Shown in pieces: positions 1 to 12,681 of a DNA stretch of 64,000 nucleotides. The position numbers and the translations under genes are program-made. The DNA is from a virus: the IMG/VR virus record IMGVR_UViG_3300027782_000066, positions 15,303 through 79,302 of that record. The stretch is one strand, 5' to 3'. Each line of letters starts with the position of its first letter. The first letter of the stretch is position 1. Under the pieces are notes generated by a model. It saw nothing but the letters and a program-made list of their open reading frames with translations. It was not told the DNA's origin and made no database searches.

Positions 1-1311
1 TTCAAGGGTGCTACAGAGTCTACAACTATTATCACATCAACAGAAACTCAACTCTTCAAAGTTTCTGGAATTGCAACAACACGTTACAACGCAGTTTATA
101 CATCTTCTGTTGGTGGAACAGAATTTATTTCTGGTGCAGCAACTCAGACCAGATATGTTCCGAAATATACTGGTTTTGGTTCACTCTTTACATTCAATGG
201 TCTCACAGAATCTTCCACAAGAACACTTTCATCAGAGACCAGACTGTTCAGAATTTCTGGTTCTGCGTTAACACCAAGAATCAGACAATTTATTGGTTCT
301 GGAACAGAGTTTATTGCCTCAAACACTGCTACCAGCAAGACCACTATTTACAGTGGTTCTGGTTCACTCTTTACACTCAAGAGTGCTACACAATCCAAAA
401 CAGATGTTTCAACATCAACAGTTCTATTCAAAGTTAGTGGAACTGTTGGAGAATCGTTCATCAGAACCACTTATTTTGGTTCTGGAAAAGTTTCTCTGCT
501 TCGTGGTGCTGCAGAATCTTCATCAGTCAGAGTACCACCAGAAACACAACTGTTCAGAATTATTGGTGTCTCTACACAATCTACATCAAAAGGAAATTAT
601 ACAGTTTCTGGATCAGAATTTGTTTCTGGACTTGGAACAGAATCTACAAGAAAAATTTACACAGGTTCTGGTTCACTCTTTACATTCAAGAGTGCTACAG
701 AATCCAGTTCTTTTGTTCCAGTATCGAAAATTACCGATATCAAGATTTATGGTTTTGCGACTACAACTCATACAGAATCTTATCAAGCAACTGGATCAAC
801 ATTTGTTTACAATTCTGCAAAAGTATCTCGTACATATCCAACTTACAATGCTTCTGGCACAGAATTTATTTCTGGTGCAGCAAATCAAAGAGCAATTTCT
901 TCCTATCAAGGAAAAGGAAATATTACGGAATTTGGTGGTTCTGCTCAATCTACATTCACTACAATTCCACCAGAAACTCTTCTTTACAGAATTTCTGGAA
1001 CAGCAACAACCAGTTTCAAAACTGTATACACAGCAACATCATCTGGTCAATTTACTTACAAAGGAAATGCAGATCTACTTCGCAGACAAGCATTCACTGG
1101 ATCTGGATCTCTATTTGCAATCAACTCTGCAACAATTGCACAAAGAGTTACACTTATTGTCGAGACAAATCTCTTCAAAATTAGTGGAGGTGAACGTAAT
1201 AGTTACACAAGAATTTCCATATTTGAAGGCGGTCAAATTAATACTTCTGGTAAGTCTACAGATGAAAAGGTATTATTCACACCATCAAGAATTTTTGGTA
1301 CGATAATCTAA
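1..1311 (+). CDS. Repeat-rich virion structural protein, 5'-truncated (C-terminal ~436 aa)
   Basis: Frame +1 reads from base 1 (FKGATESTT...) to TAA at 1309-1311. It is S/T/G-rich with recurring G(S/F)GSLFT(F/L) and LF(K/R)(V/I)SG motifs. It is missing from the ORF track because its start is off-window; track ORFs 8..271 and 293..1306 are shadow frames. Confidence 0.8.
   Translation, partial: FKGATESTTIITSTETQLFKVSGIATTRYNAVYTSSVGGTEFISGAATQTRYVPKYTGFGSLFTFNGLTESSTRTLSSETRLFRISGSALTPRIRQFIGSGTEFIASNTATSKTTIYSGSGSLFTLKSATQSKTDVSTSTVLFKVSGTVGESFIRTTYFGSGKVSLLRGAAESSSVRVPPETQLFRIIGVSTQSTSKGNYTVSGSEFVSGLGTESTRKIYTGSGSLFTFKSATESSSFVPVSKITDIKIYGFATTTHTESYQATGSTFVYNSAKVSRTYPTYNASGTEFISGAANQRAISSYQGKGNITEFGGSAQSTFTTIPPETLLYRISGTATTSFKTVYTATSSGQFTYKGNADLLRRQAFTGSGSLFAINSATIAQRVTLIVETNLFKISGGERNSYTRISIFEGGQINTSGKSTDEKVLFTPSRIFGTII
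355..699 (+). repeat. Intragenic direct repeat: 36 nt at 355-390 and 664-699 (1 mismatch)
   Basis: ggttctggttcactctttaca(c/t)tcaagagtgctaca; partial copies near 172 and at 1. Confidence 0.85.
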
Positions 1312-1318
1312 AAAATTT

Positions 1319-1326
1319 TATAAATA
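1319..1326 (+). promoter_or_regulatory. T4-type late promoter
   Basis: TATAAATA just upstream of the ATG at 1351. Confidence 0.85.
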
Positions 1327-1350
1327 AAGTAGCATCTATTAATCTCTTAA

Positions 1351-1539
1351 ATGACGACACAAGTACAGTTTCGTAGAGGAACTACATCTCAACACGCAGC
1401 ATTTACTGGTGCTCAAGGTGAAATTACAGTAGATACTGATAAAAAAACCGCAATTATTCATGATGGTTCTACAGCTGGCGGAATTGAATTAGCCAGAGCC
1501 GATGGTGCAATTGCTATGGCAATTGTATTCGGTTTATAA
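1351..1539 (+). CDS. Small fibre-associated protein, major-tropism-determinant N-terminal (Mtd_N)-like domain
   Basis: QVQFRRGT...FTGAQGEITVDTDK...HDGSTAGG motif, typical of fibre N-termini. Confidence 0.7.
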   Translation: MTTQVQFRRGTTSQHAAFTGAQGEITVDTDKKTAIIHDGSTAGGIELARADGAIAMAIVFGL

Positions 1540-1589
1540 TTTAGATATATAGAATAACGTAAAAACGACCTCGCAGGAATTTTAAACAA

Positions 1590-4500
1590 ATGGCAAAGCA
1601 GTTATCGTACTACTACACTTTTACACCAGGAACTAGAACGGTTGTAATTAGTGGTAATGTTAATAGAAAAAGATTGTTATTGATTACCAATACAACACGT
1701 AATGTAATTGTTTATAATATGACCCAACCATCGTTGGGTGCATCAGCAATTACTTATAATGCCGATAATGATGAAACTACAGTTGTATTAACATATGACA
1801 CTGGAGCTGCTGGGCATCAATCGGGAGATACTCTTCAAATTTTTGCTGAGCAAGATACAGTAAAATTTGAACCCGCTGAGTATCTGATTGATCCTGTTAG
1901 CAAACTGCGTGTATCGCAACCAAACACTCTGATTGATACGGACTTTGAATATGGTCTGCAATCTACTAAATGGGAAACACTTGAAAGATGTAATAACGTT
2001 CCATCATTCTATTCAGTTGCTGGCGATACAAGTATTTCTAATATCACTGCTATTACTACAAATGGTGGTAGAGAAGTTACTGTAACTACTGCAAGTGCTC
2101 ATGGTTTAACGACAGGTATTCCTATTGATATTCGTGGTATTACCTCAATTACTGTTGAAGGTACTTGGTTGATCCGTAAAACAACTGACTATCAATTCAC
2201 TTTCGAAACTCCTTTTACTCAGTTAGGAACAACTTCAGTTCCAGTTTCAATCTTAACTCCTTACTCTACTATTATTGTTGGTAGATTTTACGTTAACTCT
2301 GTACTCAACTTAGATAATAGTGTAACAGTTGATGAAGGTCCTATGGTGACCGATGGTGTATCACCTGCCAGCACCATTTCTGTAACTACATCATATGATC
2401 ACGGATTTGTAACTGGTTCGCCATTCTACCTTACAAACTCTCTTGGTAATATTTCCGTAAACTTTGACCCAGCATCTTTCTCGGTCGGCGGTAATATTGA
2501 AGATAGAACTTCATTTGATTATGATACAGGTTTCTTCAACCCTTATGAGCCAATTCATGATGGTTGTACCCTTAAAAAAATTCCCGCAAACTTTATTGAT
2601 AGCAACACTGGTGCTACAATATCAACAACTGGATCTATTGCTACATTTACACTGACCACAACAGGTAACCCAGCACTGCTTGCGGGTCATACAATTACTG
2701 GTACTGGTGTTGCACCTAACACCATTATTTTAAGTGGTTCTGGTAATACTTGGACAGTTAATATTTCACAAACTACAACTAATGGTCCTCTGACTGCATC
2801 TTTCCCAACTGCTGGTTTTATCAGAATTGATAATCACGGATTGGAAAATGGAGATCCACTTTGCTACATTGGTACTACTCATACCACTAGTCCACAAATT
2901 CTTGCGGTATCATCAGGATACTTCCAAATTGCTTCTGGTAATCTTCCATCCTATAATAATGATGGTACTGGCGGTGCAAACGCATCTGGTTGGTTATATG
3001 CTGCAGTAATTGATGAAGATCATATCAGAGTTGCTACTAACCCCAAAGATGCTTATGATCGTACCAATTTAATTTCATTCTCAAGTTTTGGTGGTAACTC
3101 CACTGCAACTCTGTTCTTCGGTCTGATGAACAAGAGAGGATATGAAATTCAATCAAGCATTTTTTCTATTCAAACGATTGCATCTTCTTCCGAAGTAAGA
3201 GTAGCATTCCCTGCTGGTACTACTTGCAAGTCTCTGAATATTTACCCAGAGATGCAAATTTCACTGAACAACACTGGCGTATCTTCACTTGATGGTGTCT
3301 ATGTTGTCAAAGAGTATCCTGTAACTTCTAATTTTACTAACGATATTTTTAATGAAAATGATACTCACTTTATTATGGAGGGTCCAACAAACTCTTCTGG
3401 CAACTTTGCCACACAAGCATCTAGCGTAACATATTCATTCTCTGGTTCCGCTGCTTCTGTAAATACTATTTTAACTCTCAGTAGCTATGAAAGATCCATT
3501 CAACCAACTTCAATTACTGCAGTTTCTGGTAGCACTGTAACTATCAATGGTGTTTCTGCTCTTGGTGATGGCACTAATCCTTATCGTGTAGGTTCTGTTG
3601 TAAGATTTACTGCATTAGGTTCATTGACTGGAGTAACTCCTAACTTAGATTATTTCATCTCTGCAGTAGGAGCACTTAGTTCAGGTTCTGTAACTCTTAC
3701 ACTTTCTACTACGCATCCAACAATTGCAACAACTGCTGTAACTCTTGGTGGTACAACTAGTGCTGGAACCTTTACTGGTAGTATTACTGGTAATACTTTA
3801 ACTGCTGGTTCTGTAACTGGATATGTTCAAGTAGGACAATTAGTTACTGGTACTGGTATTACTGCTGGTACAGTTATTACTGGATTTGGTAGTGGCACTG
3901 GTGGCGCTGGTACTTATTTTGTAAATACTCAGCAAACAGTAACCAGTACTGCAATGACTGTTTCTGCTAACTTGAAAATTTATACTAATGGTATTCGTGC
4001 TCAAGTACATTCTGGTGCTAATTCTTGGCAGAACCACACAAGAATGTCCATTCATGATTGGTCTTCCTTGACTGGTAAAATGTTTACTCGTGAAGCAATT
4101 TCCAATACAGGACATTCCATCTATATCAAAAATCACGGTCTTTCAAACGGTCAACCATTGATGTTTGTTGGTGGTGGTAATGGATTTGTAAACTCTGCTG
4201 GTAGTGGTACTGCAGTTGCTTCTAACTATGCTATTTTAAACGAATCTGTAAACCAAGGTTATGTTTATTTCGTTTTAGTAACAGATAGAGATAATTTCAC
4301 ACTTTGGACCTCTGAACCAGATGGATTTACTGGTGCATATGGTGGTTGGGTAACTACACCAACTGTTGGTGGAACTATGGGTACATTGAGTGGTAACGTT
4401 GCTCAAGTAGTTTTAAGTCCAACTGGTTCACCTTCAGTTCTTCCAATCACTCAGTCTGGTGGTATCTATCAACTCCATCCTGGTTTTATGGTTGGTAACT

Positions 4501-7500
4501 TTAGCTATAATACCAACTCCGTTTCTCAAGGTAGAGATCGTGTTATCTCTAATCAAGGAAAACTTCCTGCCTGGTTGACTGATAATGCTCCTGTTATTGT
4601 TAAATCAAACGTAGGTGCTACTGTTCCAACTAACGTTGGATTTACTCCAAATACTTATGCTTGGTATAATAAGTACTTTACAAGAGGTGTTCAAGAAGCA
4701 ATTACTAACGTAACTTCGTTTAGTGGTGGTATTAGTGGAACTACTCTTACAGCAACTACAATGACCTATGGCGCTCTGCAAGTAGGTCAAGAAGTAACTG
4801 GAACTGGTGTAACTGCTGGTACATTCATCACTTCATTTGTCACTGGTACTGGTCAAAATAACGGTGGTACTTATACCGTTAATATTTCACAAACTGTTGC
4901 TGGCGGCACAACTTTAGTTGCATATCAAAAATCAGAAATGGCAACTTCAGGTAAAGGTGAATTTGGTATTTCAATTGTGCAGAATGGTCAACCCATTGAC
5001 TTCGGTGGCAGTCCAACTCCTGGTACTTCAACAGCGACTGCTCCTGCTAAGTTCTTCTGCACAAGAATTGTAGAAAATCTATATTCCAACTCGTTCTTCC
5101 TACCATTCCACGGCGGCACTATTGGACAAAGAACAAATTATGTAACTGGCGCATTTGCTGGATCTACTGATACATCACCTGTTCTCCCAGTAGCAACAGG
5201 ATATCCAAAACCAGCATTTGATTATGTAACTGACCGTTATAACATTAGGTGGCCAAGAATCAGTCTGTTTATGTCACAGACAGGTACTGCTGGACAAGGT
5301 ACTACAACCTTTACTGGTAACGTTTGGGGTACTGGTAACGTAGCATATTCTTCAATGCCTGTTGCTGCTGGTGGTGCTACTAACGCAATTTCTTCAGGTT
5401 CTGCTGGTGTTCTCGGAACAACCAAGTATAATATGGTTCCAGTAACCAATGATATCTTCAAGATTACTCAAACTGGTACTTCATTCCTACCAACAGGTCA
5501 ACCAACAATTCAATTTACAATTAACTCTTCACAATCAATTTCTTATGGTGCGTTCAACAACGCAACTGTAGGTACAAGAGGTACTTCATCTGCTGGTGGT
5601 CCTTTAGGTGTAACAGCGTTTAAGTTTGCTACAACTTCTTCTGCTAAAATTCCTAACTCCAATAGTAACAGAATTATTGTTCCTATTCAGAAAATGTCAT
5701 TCTTAGAGAATGATCTGGTACGTTATGATACAAGTGGTGGTACTGAAATTGCTAGTTCATTTACTGGTATTTCAGGTCTTCAAAATGGACAAGTTTATTC
5801 CATTAAGAACGTTTCATTAAAAACTCCTATTGCAACTTCATTAAATACAGCAAGAACATTAAGCGCAACTGCAACTGTATTTGATCTTGATACCAGCGTT
5901 ACTGAAGTATTTACTGGTTCTATTGCAGGTAATACTTTAACTGTAACTGCAGTAACTACAGGAGTACTTCAAGTTGGTATGGTTATTACTGGTACTGGTA
6001 TTACTGCTGGTACTGTTGTAACTGCATATGGTACAGGTCTTGGTGGTGTTGGTACTTATACTGTCAATGGTCAATCACAAACAGTATCTTCCACAACAAT
6101 TCAAGGTATCACGTCAGTTAATATTCTAGCAGGTGATATTCTTCAAATTGGTACTGATGGTATTGAACAAGTTTTCGTACTTCCTCCTGCAACATTTACT
6201 GCAACAATTTCTGGCACTACTTTAACAGTATCTGCTGTATCTGGAACTCTTGCAGCAAACCAATTAATTACAACTTCTGGACTTACCTCAAATCCATTAC
6301 AAACTGTTGTTGATAATACTACGATTGTAAGTCAGAGTAGTGGTACTCCTGGTGGTGTTGGTGTTTATGTAATCAACAATGCTCAAACAATTTCAACTGC
6401 AACTAATATGACTGCTTCTTCTGGAGGCAATCAAATTACTGTAACCAGAGGTTATGGTGGTACAATTCCCACAATTATTCCAGAAGGAACACCAATTTAT
6501 AAACTCTACGGTTCATTCCAATTGTACTCACAAGTACTTCTGCAACCAAGAGCACTTGGTTTTGGTATTACTCTTGGGCAGATTGATGCTACCAATATGA
6601 TCTTCCACTTTGGTGGTACTGTAGCTTCTTCTGGTACTCCAAGAGCACATAACCTGCGTACTGGAGATCCATTGCTTCTGTCATCTGGTGGTGGTGGTAT
6701 TGTTGATCCATTTACTGGTAATACTATTACTACTGGCATAACAGTTTTTGCTATTGTACTTACTGACTTTGCATTCAAGATTGCTCCTACAAGAGAAGCA
6801 GCATTCTCTGACTTCTCAATGACCATTACAAACGTTGCTACATCATTCACTACAATTGTAGATACAATTCCTCTGAAGTCATATGTAAATATCTCTGATG
6901 TCACACATAAACTTCTGAACGTTTCTTCTACTGGTTCTATTGACGGTCCTTATAATGCATCTTCCGTAACCACAAGAAAAGTTAATCTGAGACCACAAAC
7001 AAATACATCTCTGACAATTAATGCTAGAGATTTAACATTCAACCCAGCAAAAACTCTTAACCAAAAAACAGGTCAGTTCTTGTATGGCGGTCACGGATTT
7101 TCAACTGGTTCGAGAGTAATCTACTCTAGAAATAATAATCCATTTGAGATTGGTAGAGAGAGGCAAAAGAATTATCAGATTAATAACGTAACTAGAGTAC
7201 AGCAGGCAACTGCAACTGGTACTCCTGGACTTGCAACTCTGACATTCACTGCACCACACGGTCTGACGATTGGTCAAATTTATCAAGCACAATACATCAA
7301 TATTGATGGTACTGGTGCTACAACTGAAACGTTTGATGCTGTAAGTGTTCCTGTATACGTTAGTTCAACAACTCAAGTTCAATACATCAGTCCTATTTCA
7401 AACAGTGTAGTAGGTTCTACAAGTGTAACTGGTACGATGTCTTTGAGAGGAACTAATCATCCTCAGCTTGGTTATAATGCACTTTATGATCTTGATCTGA

Positions 7501-10500
7501 CTGCTGCTCCTTCAGGAAACGGCGCAACCGTAACTTATACCTTTGCAAATACATATGAAGAAGCTTTCGCAGTTGGTGATAGTGTAAACGTAACTGGTGT
7601 TCTGGTTGCTGGTAGCACTACTAATGGATACAATGGAACCTTCAAGGTTACTAATTGTACTACTACAACTGTTACTGTAACAAATACAACAACTGGTGGT
7701 TCACCTTCAATTACTGCTACTGGATGTTCTGTAAGAGGTACTTATTATGTAATCAGAGATAGCTTTGATCTGTTCCGTCTTGCAAGAACAAAAGCAAATT
7801 CTTTTGCTGGTATTGCAATTGCTAACTACTCTACAACTGGTTCTAACCAGATTGTACCAGCACAATTCAATATTCACACAATTCAAAGAACTTCTGGTGT
7901 AACTACAGTTACAACTGGTCAGCAGAATGGTGGGGTACTTGGTCACAACTTAGTAATTGGTATGGTTTATAATGCATCATTCATTGATATCAACTGCGGT
8001 GGTGCTTATATTTCTGGTTCTACTGTAGTTCCTTATAACTCAATGAATGCAAGTAATATACAAATTACTGTAACTACAACTACTCAGTTTACATATTCCA
8101 ATCCTGGTCCTGATATTCCATCAACAAACATTGGTACTACCAATACACCAATTCTTGGTACAATGACCATTTCTGGTGTAAATGAAACTGGACATAAACT
8201 GATTTCATTCCAAGTAGCTGGTGAAACGATGGGTAATGGTACTGCTACCATTAACTCTAAGGATGCTCTCCTGACTGATCCAACTAGTACATCAAACAAT
8301 ATTAGACCAGCGACTGAAAGAATTGTTCTCACTTCACACGGGTTCCAAACTGGTGATCGTGTTATCTATCGCGTATGGGCGAATGGTACTCCAATTCTTG
8401 GTCTGGCTAATGGTGGTGAATATTATATCAATAACACAGTCAACCAAATTTCATCAGGTCCTTTGGTTCGTGGTGGTACTGAAAGTGGTCAAACTGCTAA
8501 CCAGTTCTCACTTCACAACTCTTGGGTGGGTGCTTATACAAACACTGACCTAGTTGATATTCTTGGTGGTGGTACTGGTAACGTACACCAATTCAAGATT
8601 TCTAACCCAACATTGAAAGGAACAACATATAAAGGCGAGTGGTCTTCAGGAGATAACTATTTCTACGGCGATATTGTTCTTTTCCGTAGTCAGTATTTTA
8701 TGTCTAATAATGGTGTAGTTACTACTGCTGGTACTTTTGCTAATAACAACCAACAGCCTGTAAGAAATGATGGTTTATTTAATAATAACTGGCAAGAAGT
8801 TCCAAACCTTCCCGCATACTCTTCAAGATTCCTTGCTCAGTATAAAGGTGGTGATATACTGAAACTTAGTAATACAGTTCCTTCAAGAACCGTACCATTT
8901 GCATTCAGTGCTGTATCAACAACAACTGGTATCTTTAGTGTAAGTAGTCACAGATTAACAACTGGTGATGCTGTAATCTATCGTGTAAATGCTGCTGGTG
9001 GTAACAATAGTAATGCATCAACACTTTCTAACATTTATGGTCAAGTTAATGGTACTGGTGATTTCCCGATGAAACCACAGGCAGGAAATAATTCTGCCAC
9101 AAATAATGATAAACTAATTGCTGATTATGTTTACTATGTAAACGTACTTGATACTTCAAACTTTACTCTGCATACATCACTATCTGGTGCTATTGCTGGT
9201 CAATCTTACACTTCAACAGCACTTAATACAATCTCTGGTGCTGGTTTCACATTCTCTAGTGTTTCTGGTTCTAGAACTGCTGCTGGTCTTGTAAGTATCA
9301 CAACTGGTGCTCACGGTTTACAAATAGGTGCTACTTACCTTGCTTCTATCAACGTTGATACTGCTGGTTTTGAAAACTATGATGCTTATAATGTAACGAT
9401 CAACGTACCTAGCTCTACGGTAATTACATATCAAACAAACATTCTGAGTGCAAACTCAGGTACAATCACTGGTACATTCCGTCTGATTGATCAAACTGAT
9501 CTGGTTGTTCCTGGAGCACCGACTAATACTGTAGCATATAATGGTCTTGGTTCTTATCATAGACTTGAAAAACTTGAAGGGCAAGTTTACGAACCAATTA
9601 TTATTGCGGTTAATAGTGATACTGAAATGGTTATCACTGATCCATACCCATCCAGACAGTTCACCTTCAACCCTCAAGGTACATTTAATTCACCATCAGG
9701 TACTCAGTTACCAAATGTTAACTTAACGAATGGTGATTTTTATATTCCATCTCACGGAATTATGACTGGTACTAAAATGTACTATTCTCCTGGTTTAAAT
9801 ATTGGTATCAGACTTGGTAATATAACTGCTGGTGGTACTTATTATGCAATTAAAATTAATGATGATGTAATTCGCCTTGCTACATCACTTTCTGATGCTC
9901 TCTTAATGGTTCCAGTTATCCCAACTAACACTGGCGCTGGTTTCTATCACTATATCGTAGTTGCAACTCCTGCTGGTTCTACAAATATTCGTTATAATAC
10001 AAGTGGAGCTCTAATTGGAGATACTCAGGGTTCTGGTACTCAGTTTGCGGGTATCGCATCTTCAAACTATTATAGTAGTCAAACTTCTGCTAATATCAGT
10101 CCTGGTGTTCTTCAAGGTTTGAATTTCCTTTATCCTACCAGTGTTTATGCAAGAGCAAATTGCATCAATCTTCACAGACCATTTGATGGTGGTGTTGAAC
10201 TTCAAAATGCTAAGAACCCACAGACACAAGTTATCCGTCAGACACGTAAATACTTCCGTTATCAGTCTGGTAAAGGTCTGCAATATTCTAGTGGTATTAA
10301 CTTCAGTCCATCAATTGATGTTTCATACATCACACACGATGGAACTACATATGCAACTCTTGTTAGCAGAAAAGCTCATAACTTCTCCGCTGGTAATAGA
10401 ATTAAAGTTGAAGGTGTGGCAGTAACAAGTGGTGTTGCAACTCCTTATACAAATCCAGCAAACGGTCTATACTTTACCGTATTTGATACTCCTGATGAAT

Positions 10501-11792
10501 TCACACTTCGTTATGCTACTAATGGTGTGCCAGCTGATTTAGCACCATCAGGATATCCAGATCTCTTCCCATATGAGTGGACTGATGCTTCTGTTCGCGC
10601 TGGTATGTATGACGACCAAAATGGTATGTTCTTCGAATTTGATGGTCAAAATCTTTATTGTGTAAGAAGATCTTCTACCGCTCAACTTGCTGGATTTGTA
10701 TCAACAACATTTAATAGCAATGTTATTACTGGTGTTGATACTAGATTTACTAAGCAATTAGTTGCTGGTGATTATATTGTGGTTCGTGGACAAAGTTATA
10801 AAGTAACTTCTGTAACTTCAAATACTACCATTAATATTTCTCCTGCATATAGAGGTGCTGCTGGTACAAGATTGATTTTAACTAAAACTGATGAATTGAG
10901 AATTCCACAATCTTCTTGGAATATTGATAAGTGTGATGGAACTGGAATTAGTGGATTTAGATTGAACATCAATAGAATGCAAATGGCATATATGGATTAC
11001 TCCTGGTATGGTGCTGGTAGAGTTCGCTTTGGTTTCAAAGATACTCACGGTAAAGTATTCTATGTTCACGAATTTGTTCACAACAACAAAAAAACTGAAG
11101 CATACTTACGTTCTGGTAACCTCCCCGCACGTTATGAAATTCTGAATGGTAACAACCCAACATATTCACCATCACTCTACCATTGGGGTGCATCGGTAAT
11201 TATGGATGGTGGATTTGAGGATGACAAAGCGTATCTGTTTACTGCTGCTTCAGGTTCTGGTGGTTCTGATATTATTACAGTTCCTTCAGCACTATTTGGT
11301 ACTCAGGTTCCAATCATCTCAATGCGTCTGGCACCTTCTGTAGATAGTTCTTTGGTTGGCGCTCTTGGTTCACGCGACCTGATCAACAGAATGACACTGA
11401 AGCCTAACTCTTGCGGTATCGTTATTACTAACACTAACAACAGAGCCTGCTCTGTTCGCCTGATTCTGAACGGTAACCTCTCACAGTCTGCATACTTCAC
11501 GAACTACGGTTCACCTTCACTGACCCAAGTAATTAAGCACACTGGTGCTATCAACGATACCATCTCTGGCGGTACAGTTGTATTTGAATTCCGTGCTGCT
11601 TCTGGTGCATCGGTAACTCAAGATCTGGGTCAACTGATTGAACTTGGTAACTCAATTATGGGTGGTGATTATGTATATCCTAACGGTCCTGATATTCTGT
11701 CTATGGCGGTCGTACCAACAGATCCTACTGCTGGTACTGCTGGCAATACATTCGTAACTGCACGTCTTACTTGGACTGAATCACAAGCGTGA
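1590..11792 (+). CDS. Giant (3400 aa) virion structural protein, tail fibre/baseplate-associated
   Basis: T/G/S-rich, multiple internal repeats (HG(L/F)xxG modules; FTGSIxGNTLT...GTGITAGT...GTYxVN); follows a late promoter and lies directly upstream of the neck genes. Confidence 0.8.
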   Translation: MAKQLSYYYTFTPGTRTVVISGNVNRKRLLLITNTTRNVIVYNMTQPSLGASAITYNADNDETTVVLTYDTGAAGHQSGDTLQIFAEQDTVKFEPAEYLIDPVSKLRVSQPNTLIDTDFEYGLQSTKWETLERCNNVPSFYSVAGDTSISNITAITTNGGREVTVTTASAHGLTTGIPIDIRGITSITVEGTWLIRKTTDYQFTFETPFTQLGTTSVPVSILTPYSTIIVGRFYVNSVLNLDNSVTVDEGPMVTDGVSPASTISVTTSYDHGFVTGSPFYLTNSLGNISVNFDPASFSVGGNIEDRTSFDYDTGFFNPYEPIHDGCTLKKIPANFIDSNTGATISTTGSIATFTLTTTGNPALLAGHTITGTGVAPNTIILSGSGNTWTVNISQTTTNGPLTASFPTAGFIRIDNHGLENGDPLCYIGTTHTTSPQILAVSSGYFQIASGNLPSYNNDGTGGANASGWLYAAVIDEDHIRVATNPKDAYDRTNLISFSSFGGNSTATLFFGLMNKRGYEIQSSIFSIQTIASSSEVRVAFPAGTTCKSLNIYPEMQISLNNTGVSSLDGVYVVKEYPVTSNFTNDIFNENDTHFIMEGPTNSSGNFATQASSVTYSFSGSAASVNTILTLSSYERSIQPTSITAVSGSTVTINGVSALGDGTNPYRVGSVVRFTALGSLTGVTPNLDYFISAVGALSSGSVTLTLSTTHPTIATTAVTLGGTTSAGTFTGSITGNTLTAGSVTGYVQVGQLVTGTGITAGTVITGFGSGTGGAGTYFVNTQQTVTSTAMTVSANLKIYTNGIRAQVHSGANSWQNHTRMSIHDWSSLTGKMFTREAISNTGHSIYIKNHGLSNGQPLMFVGGGNGFVNSAGSGTAVASNYAILNESVNQGYVYFVLVTDRDNFTLWTSEPDGFTGAYGGWVTTPTVGGTMGTLSGNVAQVVLSPTGSPSVLPITQSGGIYQLHPGFMVGNFSYNTNSVSQGRDRVISNQGKLPAWLTDNAPVIVKSNVGATVPTNVGFTPNTYAWYNKYFTRGVQEAITNVTSFSGGISGTTLTATTMTYGALQVGQEVTGTGVTAGTFITSFVTGTGQNNGGTYTVNISQTVAGGTTLVAYQKSEMATSGKGEFGISIVQNGQPIDFGGSPTPGTSTATAPAKFFCTRIVENLYSNSFFLPFHGGTIGQRTNYVTGAFAGSTDTSPVLPVATGYPKPAFDYVTDRYNIRWPRISLFMSQTGTAGQGTTTFTGNVWGTGNVAYSSMPVAAGGATNAISSGSAGVLGTTKYNMVPVTNDIFKITQTGTSFLPTGQPTIQFTINSSQSISYGAFNNATVGTRGTSSAGGPLGVTAFKFATTSSAKIPNSNSNRIIVPIQKMSFLENDLVRYDTSGGTEIASSFTGISGLQNGQVYSIKNVSLKTPIATSLNTARTLSATATVFDLDTSVTEVFTGSIAGNTLTVTAVTTGVLQVGMVITGTGITAGTVVTAYGTGLGGVGTYTVNGQSQTVSSTTIQGITSVNILAGDILQIGTDGIEQVFVLPPATFTATISGTTLTVSAVSGTLAANQLITTSGLTSNPLQTVVDNTTIVSQSSGTPGGVGVYVINNAQTISTATNMTASSGGNQITVTRGYGGTIPTIIPEGTPIYKLYGSFQLYSQVLLQPRALGFGITLGQIDATNMIFHFGGTVASSGTPRAHNLRTGDPLLLSSGGGGIVDPFTGNTITTGITVFAIVLTDFAFKIAPTREAAFSDFSMTITNVATSFTTIVDTIPLKSYVNISDVTHKLLNVSSTGSIDGPYNASSVTTRKVNLRPQTNTSLTINARDLTFNPAKTLNQKTGQFLYGGHGFSTGSRVIYSRNNNPFEIGRERQKNYQINNVTRVQQATATGTPGLATLTFTAPHGLTIGQIYQAQYINIDGTGATTETFDAVSVPVYVSSTTQVQYISPISNSVVGSTSVTGTMSLRGTNHPQLGYNALYDLDLTAAPSGNGATVTYTFANTYEEAFAVGDSVNVTGVLVAGSTTNGYNGTFKVTNCTTTTVTVTNTTTGGSPSITATGCSVRGTYYVIRDSFDLFRLARTKANSFAGIAIANYSTTGSNQIVPAQFNIHTIQRTSGVTTVTTGQQNGGVLGHNLVIGMVYNASFIDINCGGAYISGSTVVPYNSMNASNIQITVTTTTQFTYSNPGPDIPSTNIGTTNTPILGTMTISGVNETGHKLISFQVAGETMGNGTATINSKDALLTDPTSTSNNIRPATERIVLTSHGFQTGDRVIYRVWANGTPILGLANGGEYYINNTVNQISSGPLVRGGTESGQTANQFSLHNSWVGAYTNTDLVDILGGGTGNVHQFKISNPTLKGTTYKGEWSSGDNYFYGDIVLFRSQYFMSNNGVVTTAGTFANNNQQPVRNDGLFNNNWQEVPNLPAYSSRFLAQYKGGDILKLSNTVPSRTVPFAFSAVSTTTGIFSVSSHRLTTGDAVIYRVNAAGGNNSNASTLSNIYGQVNGTGDFPMKPQAGNNSATNNDKLIADYVYYVNVLDTSNFTLHTSLSGAIAGQSYTSTALNTISGAGFTFSSVSGSRTAAGLVSITTGAHGLQIGATYLASINVDTAGFENYDAYNVTINVPSSTVITYQTNILSANSGTITGTFRLIDQTDLVVPGAPTNTVAYNGLGSYHRLEKLEGQVYEPIIIAVNSDTEMVITDPYPSRQFTFNPQGTFNSPSGTQLPNVNLTNGDFYIPSHGIMTGTKMYYSPGLNIGIRLGNITAGGTYYAIKINDDVIRLATSLSDALLMVPVIPTNTGAGFYHYIVVATPAGSTNIRYNTSGALIGDTQGSGTQFAGIASSNYYSSQTSANISPGVLQGLNFLYPTSVYARANCINLHRPFDGGVELQNAKNPQTQVIRQTRKYFRYQSGKGLQYSSGINFSPSIDVSYITHDGTTYATLVSRKAHNFSAGNRIKVEGVAVTSGVATPYTNPANGLYFTVFDTPDEFTLRYATNGVPADLAPSGYPDLFPYEWTDASVRAGMYDDQNGMFFEFDGQNLYCVRRSSTAQLAGFVSTTFNSNVITGVDTRFTKQLVAGDYIVVRGQSYKVTSVTSNTTINISPAYRGAAGTRLILTKTDELRIPQSSWNIDKCDGTGISGFRLNINRMQMAYMDYSWYGAGRVRFGFKDTHGKVFYVHEFVHNNKKTEAYLRSGNLPARYEILNGNNPTYSPSLYHWGASVIMDGGFEDDKAYLFTAASGSGGSDIITVPSALFGTQVPIISMRLAPSVDSSLVGALGSRDLINRMTLKPNSCGIVITNTNNRACSVRLILNGNLSQSAYFTNYGSPSLTQVIKHTGAINDTISGGTVVFEFRAASGASVTQDLGQLIELGNSIMGGDYVYPNGPDILSMAVVPTDPTAGTAGNTFVTARLTWTESQA
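3844..6013 (+). repeat. Identical 28-nt repeat (3844-3871 and 5986-6013) within ~60-aa protein repeats
   Basis: ttactggtactggtattactgctggtac at both sites; protein repeat copies start near 3771, 4719, 5910 and 6195. Confidence 0.85.
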
Positions 11793-11814
11793 TTTTTTCT
11801 CAAAACTGAATCAA

Positions 11815-11840
11815 GGAGGGGGGAAACCCCCTCTTTTTTT
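11815..11840 (+). terminator. Rho-independent terminator
   Basis: GGAGGGGG-GAAA-CCCCCTCT stem followed by a T-run. Confidence 0.85.
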
Positions 11841-11847
11841 ATAAATA
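11840..11847 (+). promoter_or_regulatory. T4-type late promoter
   Basis: TATAAATA upstream of gp13. Confidence 0.85.
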
Positions 11848-11871
11848 CTTTTATAGGAATATTATAACCCA

Positions 11872-12681
11872 ATGGCACGTCCATCATCACGCCAACAATT
11901 AATTGATTATTGTCTGAGAAGATTAGGTTTTCCAGTATTGGAAATTAATATAGACGATGATCAAATTGAAGATCTGGTGGACGATGCTGTGCAATTTTTT
12001 CAAGAACGTCACTTTGATGGTAACATTCGTACATTTTTAAAATATAAAATTACACCTGAAATTACAGCGGCTGCAAAAACAAATAAAACTATTACAGTAT
12101 CTGGTGCAACTCCAGCAATTCTTTATGAGCAGAATAACTATGTACCAATTCCTGATCATATCCTAAGTATTCAACAAGTATATGCTCAGGATAACAGTGT
12201 GTCTTCTGTATCAGGAAATATTTTTAGTATGAAATATCAGTTATTTTTAAATGATTTTTATAATTTTGGTTCGATGGAAATTTTAAACTATTATATGATT
12301 AAAAGTTATATGGAAACTCTTGATTGGGTACTTTCAAACTTTAAACCAGTACGTTGGAATAAGAGAGAAAATAAATTATGGATTGATACTGATTGGGATC
12401 AACTATCATCAGGAAATTATTTGATTATTGATTGTTATAGAATGCTTGATCCAAATGAAAGCACAGAAATTTGGAATGATGTATGGATGAAGAGATATCT
12501 TACTGCACTGATTAAACGTCAATGGGGACAAAATCTTATCAAATTTAAAAACGTTGCATTACCTGGAGGCGTTACATTAAATGGCAGAGAAATTTATGAA
12601 GACGGTGACAATGAAATTCAGCAAATTATGGCAGAGTTCCAACTGGCAGCAGAACTTCCACCATTGGATATGATAGGATAA
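11872..12681 (+). CDS. gp13: Neck protein gp13
   Basis: LIDYCLRRLGFPVLEINIDDDQ...KRQWGQNLIKF...LPGGVTLNG; T4-like synteny. Confidence 0.95.
   Translation: MARPSSRQQLIDYCLRRLGFPVLEINIDDDQIEDLVDDAVQFFQERHFDGNIRTFLKYKITPEITAAAKTNKTITVSGATPAILYEQNNYVPIPDHILSIQQVYAQDNSVSSVSGNIFSMKYQLFLNDFYNFGSMEILNYYMIKSYMETLDWVLSNFKPVRWNKRENKLWIDTDWDQLSSGNYLIIDCYRMLDPNESTEIWNDVWMKRYLTALIKRQWGQNLIKFKNVALPGGVTLNGREIYEDGDNEIQQIMAEFQLAAELPPLDMIG

Noticed and set aside
293-1306. 337-aa track ORF (and 8..271)
   Set aside because: L/Q-rich shadow frame of the real frame +1 structural gene
2464-11890. Many short +/- ORFs inside the 3400-aa gene
   Set aside because: Fully overlap a long gene; biased composition, no RBS or motifs
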